From an uncultured Bacilli bacterium (lineage in GTDB: Bacteria > Bacillota_I > Bacilli_A > RF39 > UBA660), in contig CAKOLK010000002.1 of NCBI GenBank assembly GCA_934096275.1, forward strand, positions 43,784 to 107,783: 64,000 nucleotides of DNA, in the 5' to 3' direction. Position numbers and translations under genes: made by a program. Positions within the stretch are counted from its first letter, which is position 1. Each line of letters opens with the position of its first letter. Below, one piece after another: positions 47,027 to 55,962 of this stretch. A model generated the notes under the pieces. The model did not search any database and was not told the origin of the DNA. It saw nothing but the letters and a program-made list of their open reading frames with translations.

Positions 47027-49522
47027 ATGGCGATTTTAAAAAAGATGATAGATCATGAATACAAAGAACTAAGAAGATTTGAGAAAATTGCAAATCAAAT
47101 CGAAGCACTTGATGAAGAGTATCAAAAATTAAGTGATGAAGAATTAAAAAATAAAACTTTAGAGTTTAAGAAAAGACTTAGTGAAGGGGAAACTTTAGAG
47201 GATATTAAGGTTGAAGCTTTTGCTACTGCTAGAGAAGCATGTTTTAGAGTAATTGGTGAAAAACCTTATCATGTTCAATTGATTGGTGGGCTTGCACTTC
47301 ATTATGGTAATATTGCTGAGATGAAAACTGGGGAAGGAAAAACTCTTACTTCAGTACTTCCTGCTTATCTTAATGCTTTAGGTGGAGAAGGTGTTCATAT
47401 TATTACTGTTAATGAGTATCTTGCTACTCGTGATGCAGAATGGATGGGACAAATTCATAATTTTTTAGGTATTACAGTGGGTCTTAATTTAAGGGATTTA
47501 AATCCTGCGGAAAAAAGAGCTCAATATGATTGTGATATTTTATATTCTACTAATAATGAGATTGGTTTTGATTATTTAAGAGATAATATGGCTATTAGAA
47601 AGGAAGATAGAGTACTTCAAAGAGGGTTGAATTATGCAATAATCGATGAAGTGGATTCTGTTTTAATTGATGAGGCTAGGACTCCTCTTATTATATCTGG
47701 GGGATTTCTTGAAAGTAAGAATCTTTACTTGGAAGCTGATAAGTTTGTTAAGCGTTTAAAGAAGGATAAATCATATACTTATGATGCTAAATTAAAAAGA
47801 GTTAGTCTTACTGATGATGGCGTAAAGGAAGCTGAAGAGTATTTTAAACTTAATAATTTATATGATTTGGATAATGCTACTTTAGTACATTTTATTAATC
47901 AAGCACTTCATGCTAATTATTCAATGAAGAAAGATTTTGATTATGTTGTGCAAGATGGTAAGATTGTAATTGTTGATCAATTTACTGGTCGTTTAATGCC
48001 TGGTAGAGCATTTAGTGATGGACTTCATCAAGCTATTGAAGCCAAGGAAGGTGTTGAAATAGAACAAGAAACTAAGACTCTTGCTACTATTACTTTCCAA
48101 AATTTATTTAGAATGTATAAGAAGCTTTCTGGGATGACTGGTACTGCTAAAACTGAGGAAGAAGAGTTTAGAAATATTTATAATATGTATGTTATAAGTG
48201 TTCCTACTAATAAGAAAGTTATTAGAGATGATATGGCTGATTTAATTTTTGCTAGTAAAAAGTCTAAGCTTAAGGCAATAGTTGATGAAATTGAAAAAAG
48301 ACATAAGACTGGACAACCTGTGTTAGTTGGTACTATTGCTATTGAAGTTAGTGAGGAAATTAGTGATTTGTTAAAGAAGAGAAATATTCCTCATGAAGTT
48401 TTGAATGCTAAGAATCATGCTCGCGAAGCTGAAATTATTGCTAAGGCTGGTGAAAAGGGTTCTGTTACTATTGCTACTAATATGGCTGGACGTGGTACGG
48501 ATATTAAACTTGGTGAAGGTGTAAAGGAACTTGGTGGTCTTTGTGTAATTGGTACTGAAAGACATGAGTCTCGTCGTATTGATAACCAATTACGTGGACG
48601 TTCTGGTAGACAAGGTGATCCTGGTTATTCACAATTTTATATAGCTATGGATGATGATTTAATGACTAGATTTGGTTCTGAAAAGATTAAAAATATATTG
48701 GAAAGTATGGGCGTAGATGATGGTCTTGCTATAAGAAGTAAGGTTTTCTCTAATTCGGTTAAGTCTGCTCAAAAAAGAGTTGAAGGTAATAACTTTGATA
48801 TGAGAAAGAGTGTTCTTCAATATGATGATGTTATGAATAAGCAAAGGGAAATGATTTATAATAAGAGAAATGATATTTTGGATAAGGATAGTATTCATGA
48901 TGAGGTTCTTAAGTCTATGTATAATCATATTGCTGATGTTGTTGAGGCACATTTGGATCAAAATGATAAGTTAAGTGATAGTGATTTGGATGAAGTATTG
49001 GAATATGTTAATTCTAATTTACTTAGAACTGGTATTAATAAACAATCTCTTGATTTGAATGATGTTGATAGTGTTATTAAGACTATTTATGATGTTGTTG
49101 TTAAGGAATATGAAGATAAGATTAAGGATATTCCATCTGAAATTGCTAATGAGTTTGAAAAGGTTATTAGTTTAAATGTTATTGATAAGTATTGGATGGA
49201 ACAAATTAATACTATGTCTCATTTAAAAGAAGGTATATTCTTAAGACAATATGCTCAAGATAATCCACTTAGGGCTTATACTGAAGAAGGATTTGAGTTG
49301 TTTGATGAAATGCTTTCTAATATTGATAAGTTTATTACTTTGTATCTTTTAAGAGCAGAAATTAGACAAAATATTGAAAGAAAAGAAACAATAAAGAATA
49401 AGACTACTAATATTACTGATGATACTCAAAAGGGTCATACTAAGAGAGTTAATAAAGTTGGTAGGAATCAATTGTGTCCTTGTGGCTCAGGACGTAAATA
49501 TAAACAATGTTGTGGTAAATAA
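47027..49522 (+). CDS. secA: Preprotein translocase ATPase SecA
   Basis: DEAD motor motifs (MKTGEGKTL, DEVDS). The C-terminal SEC-C zinc motif is CPCGSGRKYKQCCGK. Confidence 0.97.
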   Translation: MAILKKMIDHEYKELRRFEKIANQIEALDEEYQKLSDEELKNKTLEFKKRLSEGETLEDIKVEAFATAREACFRVIGEKPYHVQLIGGLALHYGNIAEMKTGEGKTLTSVLPAYLNALGGEGVHIITVNEYLATRDAEWMGQIHNFLGITVGLNLRDLNPAEKRAQYDCDILYSTNNEIGFDYLRDNMAIRKEDRVLQRGLNYAIIDEVDSVLIDEARTPLIISGGFLESKNLYLEADKFVKRLKKDKSYTYDAKLKRVSLTDDGVKEAEEYFKLNNLYDLDNATLVHFINQALHANYSMKKDFDYVVQDGKIVIVDQFTGRLMPGRAFSDGLHQAIEAKEGVEIEQETKTLATITFQNLFRMYKKLSGMTGTAKTEEEEFRNIYNMYVISVPTNKKVIRDDMADLIFASKKSKLKAIVDEIEKRHKTGQPVLVGTIAIEVSEEISDLLKKRNIPHEVLNAKNHAREAEIIAKAGEKGSVTIATNMAGRGTDIKLGEGVKELGGLCVIGTERHESRRIDNQLRGRSGRQGDPGYSQFYIAMDDDLMTRFGSEKIKNILESMGVDDGLAIRSKVFSNSVKSAQKRVEGNNFDMRKSVLQYDDVMNKQREMIYNKRNDILDKDSIHDEVLKSMYNHIADVVEAHLDQNDKLSDSDLDEVLEYVNSNLLRTGINKQSLDLNDVDSVIKTIYDVVVKEYEDKIKDIPSEIANEFEKVISLNVIDKYWMEQINTMSHLKEGIFLRQYAQDNPLRAYTEEGFELFDEMLSNIDKFITLYLLRAEIRQNIERKETIKNKTTNITDDTQKGHTKRVNKVGRNQLCPCGSGRKYKQCCGK

Positions 49523-49603
49523 GCTTACAAATCCTTATAAATAAAGGGCTTGCGAGCTTTTTGCTACTTACAATATTTAGGTAATTTTGCATTGAAAAAG
49601 TCG

Positions 49604-49625
49604 TTTAGATAAGTTTTAGATAAGT
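49604..49625 (+). repeat. Tandem 2 x TTTAGATAAGT (left pair)
   Basis: Two abutting 11-mers, 62 nt upstream of the orphan ORF start. Confidence 0.85.
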
Positions 49626-49686
49626 TTTTTGGTAAATTCAACGATATATTAATTATTTATGTTATAATATAAATGGAGGGTAAAAT

Positions 49687-50412
49687 ATGAATAATAATGA
49701 GAATAATAGGACAGTGCAATTGGGAACTCAATTAGCATTTTCATATACTCAAATGGCGAGTGACTATACAAAAAAATTAGTTGATGCTTATAATGCTGCA
49801 TTGATGTTAGAAAGGGATTGGCAAAAACTATCACATTCAAGTGATGCCTTTAGTGAAGTTAGGCCTGATTATTTTCAAACAAGCTTAAAACTGTTCATAA
49901 TTAAATCTTCAGTTTTAGAACAAACAAGATCTACTTACTTAGAACAAATTAGAGGATTAGATGAAAAAAACTTAGGAGAATTAGTTGGTCAAGTCAAGAG
50001 AGTAGTACAGGCTAGAGCACAAGCTTTTAATAATCCTATCCCAGAAACTCAAAGTATCAATGTAAAACAAGAAATTCTTAATATATTTGGTAAACCAGTT
50101 TTAGGGTCAGCTTATTCAGAATTATTTGAATTGTATGTTCAGTCATTATCAGATGAAGAAAAACAAACATTAGCAGCATGTAATACTGAAAAAGCACTAT
50201 TGGATAGTGTTAGAAGTACAAGAAGAACAGGAGAAGATAGGTTTGAGCAAATACATGAACTAAAAATTGAATCAGTTAAAAGAGAGGGATTTGCTTCTAT
50301 TGAAATTCCATCTATTACTTCTACTATAGAAAAGTCTTTAGTTATCGCAACTAATGAATTAAAAAAATTAGATATTGTAAGTCAGCTGGATTCACATCAT
50401 AGATTAGTTTAG
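49687..50412 (+). CDS. Orphan hypothetical protein (241 aa), soluble and predicted helical
   Basis: GGAGGG SD and an extended -10, tgtTATAAT (49660-49668). I recognise no family. Amino-acid usage (Q/E/S/L/R rich) differs from the N/K/I-rich neighbours. Confidence 0.6.
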   Translation: MNNNENNRTVQLGTQLAFSYTQMASDYTKKLVDAYNAALMLERDWQKLSHSSDAFSEVRPDYFQTSLKLFIIKSSVLEQTRSTYLEQIRGLDEKNLGELVGQVKRVVQARAQAFNNPIPETQSINVKQEILNIFGKPVLGSAYSELFELYVQSLSDEEKQTLAACNTEKALLDSVRSTRRTGEDRFEQIHELKIESVKREGFASIEIPSITSTIEKSLVIATNELKKLDIVSQLDSHHRLV

Positions 50413-50428
50413 CATTTAAATCAAATTC

Positions 50429-50451
50429 TTTAGATAAGTTTTTAGATAAGT
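50429..50451 (+). repeat. Tandem 2 x TTTAGATAAGT (right pair, 1-nt spacer)
   Basis: Same 11-mer and same orientation, 17 nt after the orphan ORF stop. Confidence 0.85.
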
Positions 50452-50551
50452 TGTGCGAAAAAACTTGCAATTTATCAACAAAAAATTATAAGTTTTAAAT
50501 AAAAAACACCAATTTAAAAGGAAAAAATTACTTGGTTGTTTTAATATTTTA

Positions 50552-50596
50552 CCATGTGACTCAGGACGTAAATATAAGCAATGTTGTGGTAAATAA
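50552..50596 (+). pseudogene. Displaced relic of the secA 3' end (SEC-C motif codons + stop)
   Basis: 42 of 45 nt are identical to 49478-49522. It reads PCDSGRKYKQCCGK* and nothing upstream of it is secA-like. Confidence 0.85.
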
Positions 50597-50607
50597 AAAT
50601 AAATTAA

Positions 50608-50639
50608 AATGTCGACAAAAGTTTGTTGACATTTTTTTC
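50608..50639 (+). terminator. Rho-independent terminator (probably the ancestral secA terminator)
   Basis: 11-bp stem aatgtcgacaa / ttgttgacatt, aagt loop, then TTTTTT. Confidence 0.8.
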
Positions 50640-50771
50640 TTTTATATTTCTTTTAGTTTTTATAATATTAAAAAACGACTATTGTTTTCAGGAGTGAAAA
50701 TGATTGTTCAATAATTTTAATAATGGTATAATAATTATCATAAATCAATTAAATTATTTGGATAAGGAGGG

Positions 50772-51803
50772 ATGAATATGAAAGATAAATTGATTGGTAA
50801 TGAAAGAAATGTTTTATTTTATAATGATGAAGAAGGTAATACTAAGGTAGAAGTATTATTAGAAAATGAGGATGTATGGTTAAATACAGAAGCATTAGCA
50901 GCGCTTTTTAATATTGATAGAAGTGGAATTGTAAGACATATCAATAATATTTATAAAGATGATGAATTATCTGAAAAGGCAACTTGTGCAAAAATTACAC
51001 AAGTTCAAATTGAAGGAACTCGTGAAGTTAAAAGGGTTTATTCATATTACAATCTTGATGTGATTATTTCTGTTGGTTTTAGGGTTAATTCTAAAAAAGC
51101 AATTAGATTTAGAACATGGGCAAATAAAATAATTAAAGATTATATGGTTCAAGGTTTTGCTTTAAATGATGAGAGATTTTTAAAAGCAAAAAGGTCTGAT
51201 CAAGAATATTTTGAAAGATTGCTTGAAAGAATCAAATTGATTCGTACAAGTGAGAGAATGTTTTATCAAAAAATTACCGACATATTTGCTGAATGTTCTA
51301 TTGATTATGATAAAAATAGTGAAATTGCAATTACTTTTTATAAGACTATTCAAAATAAGTTTCATTATGCAATTACGGGGAATACTGCTGCTGAGATAGT
51401 TTATAATAGGGTTGATTCTAATAAAGATAATATGGGACTTACTACTTGGGAAAATTCCCCCGATGGAAAGATTTTAAAATCTGATGTAGTTATTGCCAAG
51501 AATTATTTAAATGAGAAAGAAATTAAGAGTTTAAATAGTTTAGTTAATTTGTTTTTAGATATTGCTGAAAATAATGCGGAAAGAAATATAACAATGTATA
51601 TGGAGGATTGGAAAAATGAAGTAGAAAATGCTTTAAAAGTTTTCCATTATGAAGTTTTAGAAGGAAAAGGTAAGGTATCTCATAAACAGGCAGTTAAAAA
51701 GGCAGAAAGTGAATATGAAAAATATAGGATTATACAGGACAAAAGTTATGTATCAGATTTTGATAGATTGTTAAATGAAACAAAGAGGATAGAGAATAAA
51801 TGA
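50772..51803 (+). CDS. RhuM-family protein (Virulence_RhuM)
   Basis: The N-terminus ..VEVLLENEDVWLNTEALAALFNIDRSGIVRHINNIY..EL........AKITQVQIEGTREVKR....YNLDVIISVGFRVNSKKAIRFRTWA is characteristic of the family. The true start may be ATG 50778. Confidence 0.8.
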   Translation: MNMKDKLIGNERNVLFYNDEEGNTKVEVLLENEDVWLNTEALAALFNIDRSGIVRHINNIYKDDELSEKATCAKITQVQIEGTREVKRVYSYYNLDVIISVGFRVNSKKAIRFRTWANKIIKDYMVQGFALNDERFLKAKRSDQEYFERLLERIKLIRTSERMFYQKITDIFAECSIDYDKNSEIAITFYKTIQNKFHYAITGNTAAEIVYNRVDSNKDNMGLTTWENSPDGKILKSDVVIAKNYLNEKEIKSLNSLVNLFLDIAENNAERNITMYMEDWKNEVENALKVFHYEVLEGKGKVSHKQAVKKAESEYEKYRIIQDKSYVSDFDRLLNETKRIENK

Positions 51804-51815
51804 TTTGTTTTAATT

Positions 51816-51845
51816 GTTATTAACAATGTTGTTAATAACTTTTTC
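51816..51845 (+). terminator. Rho-independent terminator
   Basis: Perfect 10-bp stem gttattaaca / tgttaataac followed by TTTTT. Confidence 0.75.
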
Positions 51846-51907
51846 TTATTGCTATGATTGTTTTTTTAGATTATAATAAGTGTGTTATTATTTTTCGGAG
51901 GTTTTTT

Positions 51908-52279
51908 ATGTATTGTAGGTTTTGTGGAAAGAAAATTAATAAAAAAGATATTTTTTGTCCTTATTGTGGTAAGTCTTTTTCTAATAAATATATTGTTATA
52001 AGTGGTATTGTTATGTTTATAATGGGTATTTCTTTGGTGTATGGTGTTAGTTTTGATGGATATGATGATAAGATTTTTATGTTTTTAGTACCTGGTATTT
52101 TGTCTATTTTGTCTAGTGTTTGTAAGTTGTTTTGTTTTAAAAGTAATAAGTTTTTCTTGATATCTGGTTGTTTGCTTTTTATTGGAGCTTTATCTAATTT
52201 TATATCGATTATGGATTTGTCTATTTATGCACTTTTATGTGTTATATTTGGTATATTTGATATTATTCATTATAGATAG
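51908..52279 (+). CDS. Zinc-ribbon domain membrane protein (4 TM)
   Basis: MYCRFCGKKI....FCPYCGK is followed by four hydrophobic helices. GGAGG SD. Confidence 0.6.
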   Translation: MYCRFCGKKINKKDIFCPYCGKSFSNKYIVISGIVMFIMGISLVYGVSFDGYDDKIFMFLVPGILSILSSVCKLFCFKSNKFFLISGCLLFIGALSNFISIMDLSIYALLCVIFGIFDIIHYR

Positions 52280-52347
52280 TATCTTTTTTTATGTGTTTTA
52301 TTGTTCTTTTTTATTTTTTTTTGTATAATGTTTTTAGGTGATATGAT

Positions 52348-53440
52348 ATGGAACTAAATGAACTTAAAGTTGTTTTGAATAGTAATCTTTCTAAGATTGA
52401 AGAGTTATGGAGGTTACTTTGACGTTGATTCTAGGTTGAGTGAGATTTCTTCTTTGGAGGAAAAGGTTAATTCTAGTGATTTTTGGAATGATGTATCTAG
52501 TGCTCAAAAGGTTATTGATGAGCTTAATGGAAAGAAGAAGAGTGTTTCTTTAATTGTTTTATTAAAGGATGATATTTGTTCATATATTGATTTTATTGAT
52601 ATGATAAGTACTTTATATGATGAAGATATTTATAAAGATATTTGTGCTTTTGTTGATAAATTACCTTCTTTGGTTTCAAAAATTGAGTTGGAAGTACTAT
52701 TTTCTGGAGAATACGATCATTCTAACTGTATAGTTGAGATTCATGCTGGTGCTGGTGGAACTGAAGCATGTGATTGGTGCAATATGCTTTATAGAATGTA
52801 TACAAGGTATTGTTCTAGTAAGGGTTATAAGCTTGAGGTTATTGATCTTCTTGATGGTGAGGATGCTGGAATTAAAAGGGTTAGTTTCTTAGTTACTGGT
52901 TTTAATGCTTATGGGTATTTGAAATGTGAAAAAGGTGTTCATAGATTGGTTCGTCTTTCTCCGTTTGATTCAAATAATAAAAGGCATACTTCTTTTGCTT
53001 CGGTTGATGTGATTCCAGAGATTGATTCTAAGGTTGATATTGAAATAAAGGATGAAGATTTAAAGATAGATGTTTATCGTAGTAGCGGTGCTGGTGGACA
53101 AAGTGTTAATACGACTGATAGTGCTGTTAGGATTACGCATTTGCCTACTAAAACTGTTGTTTCTTGTCAAAATGAAAGAAGTCAGTTAAAGAATAAAGAA
53201 AAGGCTATGCAAATTCTTAAGTCTAAGTTACTTCTTATGGAAATGGAAGAAAAAGAAAAAGAACGTCTTGCTCTTAAGGGTGAAGTTAAGAATATTGAGT
53301 TTGGTTCACAGATTCGTAGTTATGTTATGCATCCTTATTCAATGGTTAAGGATCATCGCACTAATATTGAGACTAGTAATGTTAATGGTGTTTTGGATGG
53401 GGATTTGGATTTGTTTATAGAAGGATATTTAAGGAGTTAG
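52348..53440 (+). CDS. prfB: Peptide chain release factor 2, requires programmed +1 frameshift (join 52348..52419, 52421..53440)
   Basis: ORF0 reads MELNELKVVLNSNLSKIEELWRLL and ends at CTT TGA C (52417-52423), preceded by an internal SD tGGAGG (52409-52413). The +1 frame continues DVDSRL... with SPF and GGQ motifs. Confidence 0.95.
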
Positions 53441-53442
53441 TT

Positions 53443-54300
53443 ATGGAAAATGTTTTAAGTATTGTTAATAATAAGAATAAGATTAAAAGGTTTTTGTTTG
53501 TTATACTTGGTGTTTTTATTGCTGCGGTTAGTTTTAATTTATTTATTTATCCAAATGATATTGTTTTTGGTGGTCTTACGGGTGTAAGTGTTATTATTAC
53601 TAACTTTATTGATCTTAATCCATCGTTTATAATTTTTGTACTTTCTTTTGTTTTGTTACTTGTTGGTGCAATATTTTTGGGAAAGGAATCTGTTATTAAG
53701 GCATTAGTAGTTGCTATTGTGTTTCCCCTTTTTGTTCAATTGACTGCGAATGTTGGAGATTTGATAAAGGTTGATATGGGTGATCAACTTCTTCTTGCTT
53801 TGTTTGGTGGAGTTATGTATGGTTTTGGAGTTGGTCTTGTTTTTAAGAATGGTTATACTATGGGGGGTACTGATATACTTAATCAAATTTTACATAAGTA
53901 TTTTAAGATTTCTATGGGTAATGCAATGCTTATCGTGGATGGGTCTATTGTACTTATTGGTGCATTTATATTTGGATGGACTAAGTGTTTGTATGCTATT
54001 ATTATTTTATATATTATTAGTATTTCTGTTGATAAGTCTATGCTTGGTATATCGGATAAGAAAGCTTTTTATATAGTTACTAGTGAGGTTGATAGAATTT
54101 CTTCTTTTGTAATTGATGAGTTGGGTCATGGTGTTACTGTTTTTGATGCTCGTGGTGCTTATTCTAATGAAAAGACTAAAGTTTTATTTACTCTTATTCC
54201 TACGAAGGAGTATTATAAGTTTAAAGAGGGTATAAAAACTATTGATAAAGAGGCATTTTTTACTGTTTTAGATGCTTATGAAGTGCTTGGTGGTGAGTAA
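53443..54300 (+). CDS. YitT-family membrane protein (DUF2179 C-domain)
   Basis: Five to six TM helices and the C-terminal DUF2179-like ..FTVLDAYEVLGG. Confidence 0.8.
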   Translation: MENVLSIVNNKNKIKRFLFVILGVFIAAVSFNLFIYPNDIVFGGLTGVSVIITNFIDLNPSFIIFVLSFVLLLVGAIFLGKESVIKALVVAIVFPLFVQLTANVGDLIKVDMGDQLLLALFGGVMYGFGVGLVFKNGYTMGGTDILNQILHKYFKISMGNAMLIVDGSIVLIGAFIFGWTKCLYAIIILYIISISVDKSMLGISDKKAFYIVTSEVDRISSFVIDELGHGVTVFDARGAYSNEKTKVLFTLIPTKEYYKFKEGIKTIDKEAFFTVLDAYEVLGGE

Positions 54301-54301
54301 G

Positions 54302-55189
54302 ATGTCTGATATTAAGGCTTTTATTAATGATAAGAATAATGTTAAGAGATTTCTTTATATGTCTATTGCTATGTTTTTCTCTGCTTTGTGTTTCAATCTT
54401 TTTGTTTCTCCGATTAACTTAGTTTCTGGTGGTACGAGTGGTCTTGCAATTGTTCTTAGAGAAATGTTTGGTTTTGATGCTTCGGTTAGTATTTTTGTTC
54501 TTTCTATTATATGTTTTATACTTAGTTATGTATTTTTAGATGCAATTAATTCAGTCGCTTCTCTTTTTGCGGGTATTGTTTATCCTTTGTTTATAAAGGT
54601 TACTTCTGGTATTGGGGGTATTATTTATATCGATAATTCTAATATTTTACTTCTTGTACTTTTTGCAGGGTTAATTGGTGGAGTTTGTCAAGGTATTGTT
54701 TATAAACAAGGACTTAATACTGGTGGTATTAATGTTATTGCAAGAATTATATTTAAGTATTTTCATATTTCTATTACTAAAGTTAATTTTATTATTAATT
54801 TCTTTATCGTAGGAATGGGTGTTTATTTATTTGGATTTAATATGCTTTTATATGCTTTTGTGTATCTTTTTATATCTAAGTATGTTGGAGAAAAGATTAT
54901 GCTTGGGGTTTCTTTGAATAAGGCTATTTATGTAATTAGTGATAAGTATAAGGAAATAGTCCTTGTTTTAAATAAGGAGCTTGGACATGATGCTACTATT
55001 TATAATGTTAAGGGTAAGTTTAATGATGAAAAACGTAAGATGATTATGAGTATTATTCCTAATTCTTCTTATTATGAAGCTAAGGAATTGATTAGTTTGA
55101 TTGATCCTTCTTCGTTTATATTTGTTTGTGATAGTTATGAAGTGTATAGACAGGATGAAATGATTGGAAAGGACTTAAAATGTAAATAA
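54302..55189 (+). CDS. YitT-family membrane protein, tandem paralogue
   Basis: Same architecture as the previous gene. ATG 54302 follows the upstream stop by 1 nt. Confidence 0.8.
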   Translation: MSDIKAFINDKNNVKRFLYMSIAMFFSALCFNLFVSPINLVSGGTSGLAIVLREMFGFDASVSIFVLSIICFILSYVFLDAINSVASLFAGIVYPLFIKVTSGIGGIIYIDNSNILLLVLFAGLIGGVCQGIVYKQGLNTGGINVIARIIFKYFHISITKVNFIINFFIVGMGVYLFGFNMLLYAFVYLFISKYVGEKIMLGVSLNKAIYVISDKYKEIVLVLNKELGHDATIYNVKGKFNDEKRKMIMSIIPNSSYYEAKELISLIDPSSFIFVCDSYEVYRQDEMIGKDLKCK

Positions 55190-55266
55190 GTCTTTTTTTG
55201 TTGTTTTATGGTTTTTTTCTTTTTATTTTAATGTTATAATGTTATAAGAGAGTGAGGTGCTTTGTT

Positions 55267-55962
55267 TTGGATATAATTAAAATGAAGAATGTTTTTAAAA
55301 CTTATCCTAATGGGGTAGGTGCTATATATGATTTGGATTTAAATATTGAAAAAGGGGACTTTGTTTTTATAATTGGAGGATCTGGTTCTGGTAAGAGTAC
55401 TCTTATTAAGATGCTTTATCGTGAAGAAAAGCCTTCTCGTGGTGAGATAATTGTCGGAGGGGTTAATGTTGCTAAGCTTAGAAATTCTAAAGTGTATAAG
55501 CTTCGTCGTAAGCTTGGAGTAGTGTTTCAAGATTATAAACTTCTTCCGAAGCTTACTGTTTATGAAAATGTTGCATTTGCTTTAGAGGTTACTGGTGCGG
55601 ATAATAAAACAATAAGAAAAAGAGTAGTTAGTGTTTTGGATAAGGTTGGATTAAAGGATAAGGTTAAGGAATATCCTGATAAATTATCCGGTGGAGAACA
55701 ACAAAGGGTTGCAATTGCTAGGGCTATTGTTAATAATCCTAAGATTCTTATTTGTGATGAACCTACTGGTAATTTGGATCCTAAGATAAGTATGGAAATT
55801 ATGGAAATACTTGAAAATGTTAATAAGGATGGTACTACTATACTTATGGTTACTCATGATATTAGTATTGTTGAAAAGTTTAAGAAGCGTGTTATTGCGT
55901 TAAAAGATGGTAGACTTGTTAAGAATTATGAAAGGGGGTATTTTAAACGTGAAGACTTGTAG
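55267..55962 (+). CDS. ftsE: Cell division ATP-binding protein FtsE
   Basis: Walker A GGSGSGKST, signature LSGGEQQR, Walker B ILICDEPTGNLD. TTG 55267 follows GAGGTG. The start is uncertain (55252-55282). Confidence 0.92.
   Translation: MDIIKMKNVFKTYPNGVGAIYDLDLNIEKGDFVFIIGGSGSGKSTLIKMLYREEKPSRGEIIVGGVNVAKLRNSKVYKLRRKLGVVFQDYKLLPKLTVYENVAFALEVTGADNKTIRKRVVSVLDKVGLKDKVKEYPDKLSGGEQQRVAIARAIVNNPKILICDEPTGNLDPKISMEIMEILENVNKDGTTILMVTHDISIVEKFKKRVIALKDGRLVKNYERGYFKREDL

Noticed and set aside
50532-50714. Track ORF 50532-50714 (60 aa)
   Set aside because: It is a different-frame reading across the secA-tail relic and the intrinsic terminator. It has no SD and low-complexity translation.
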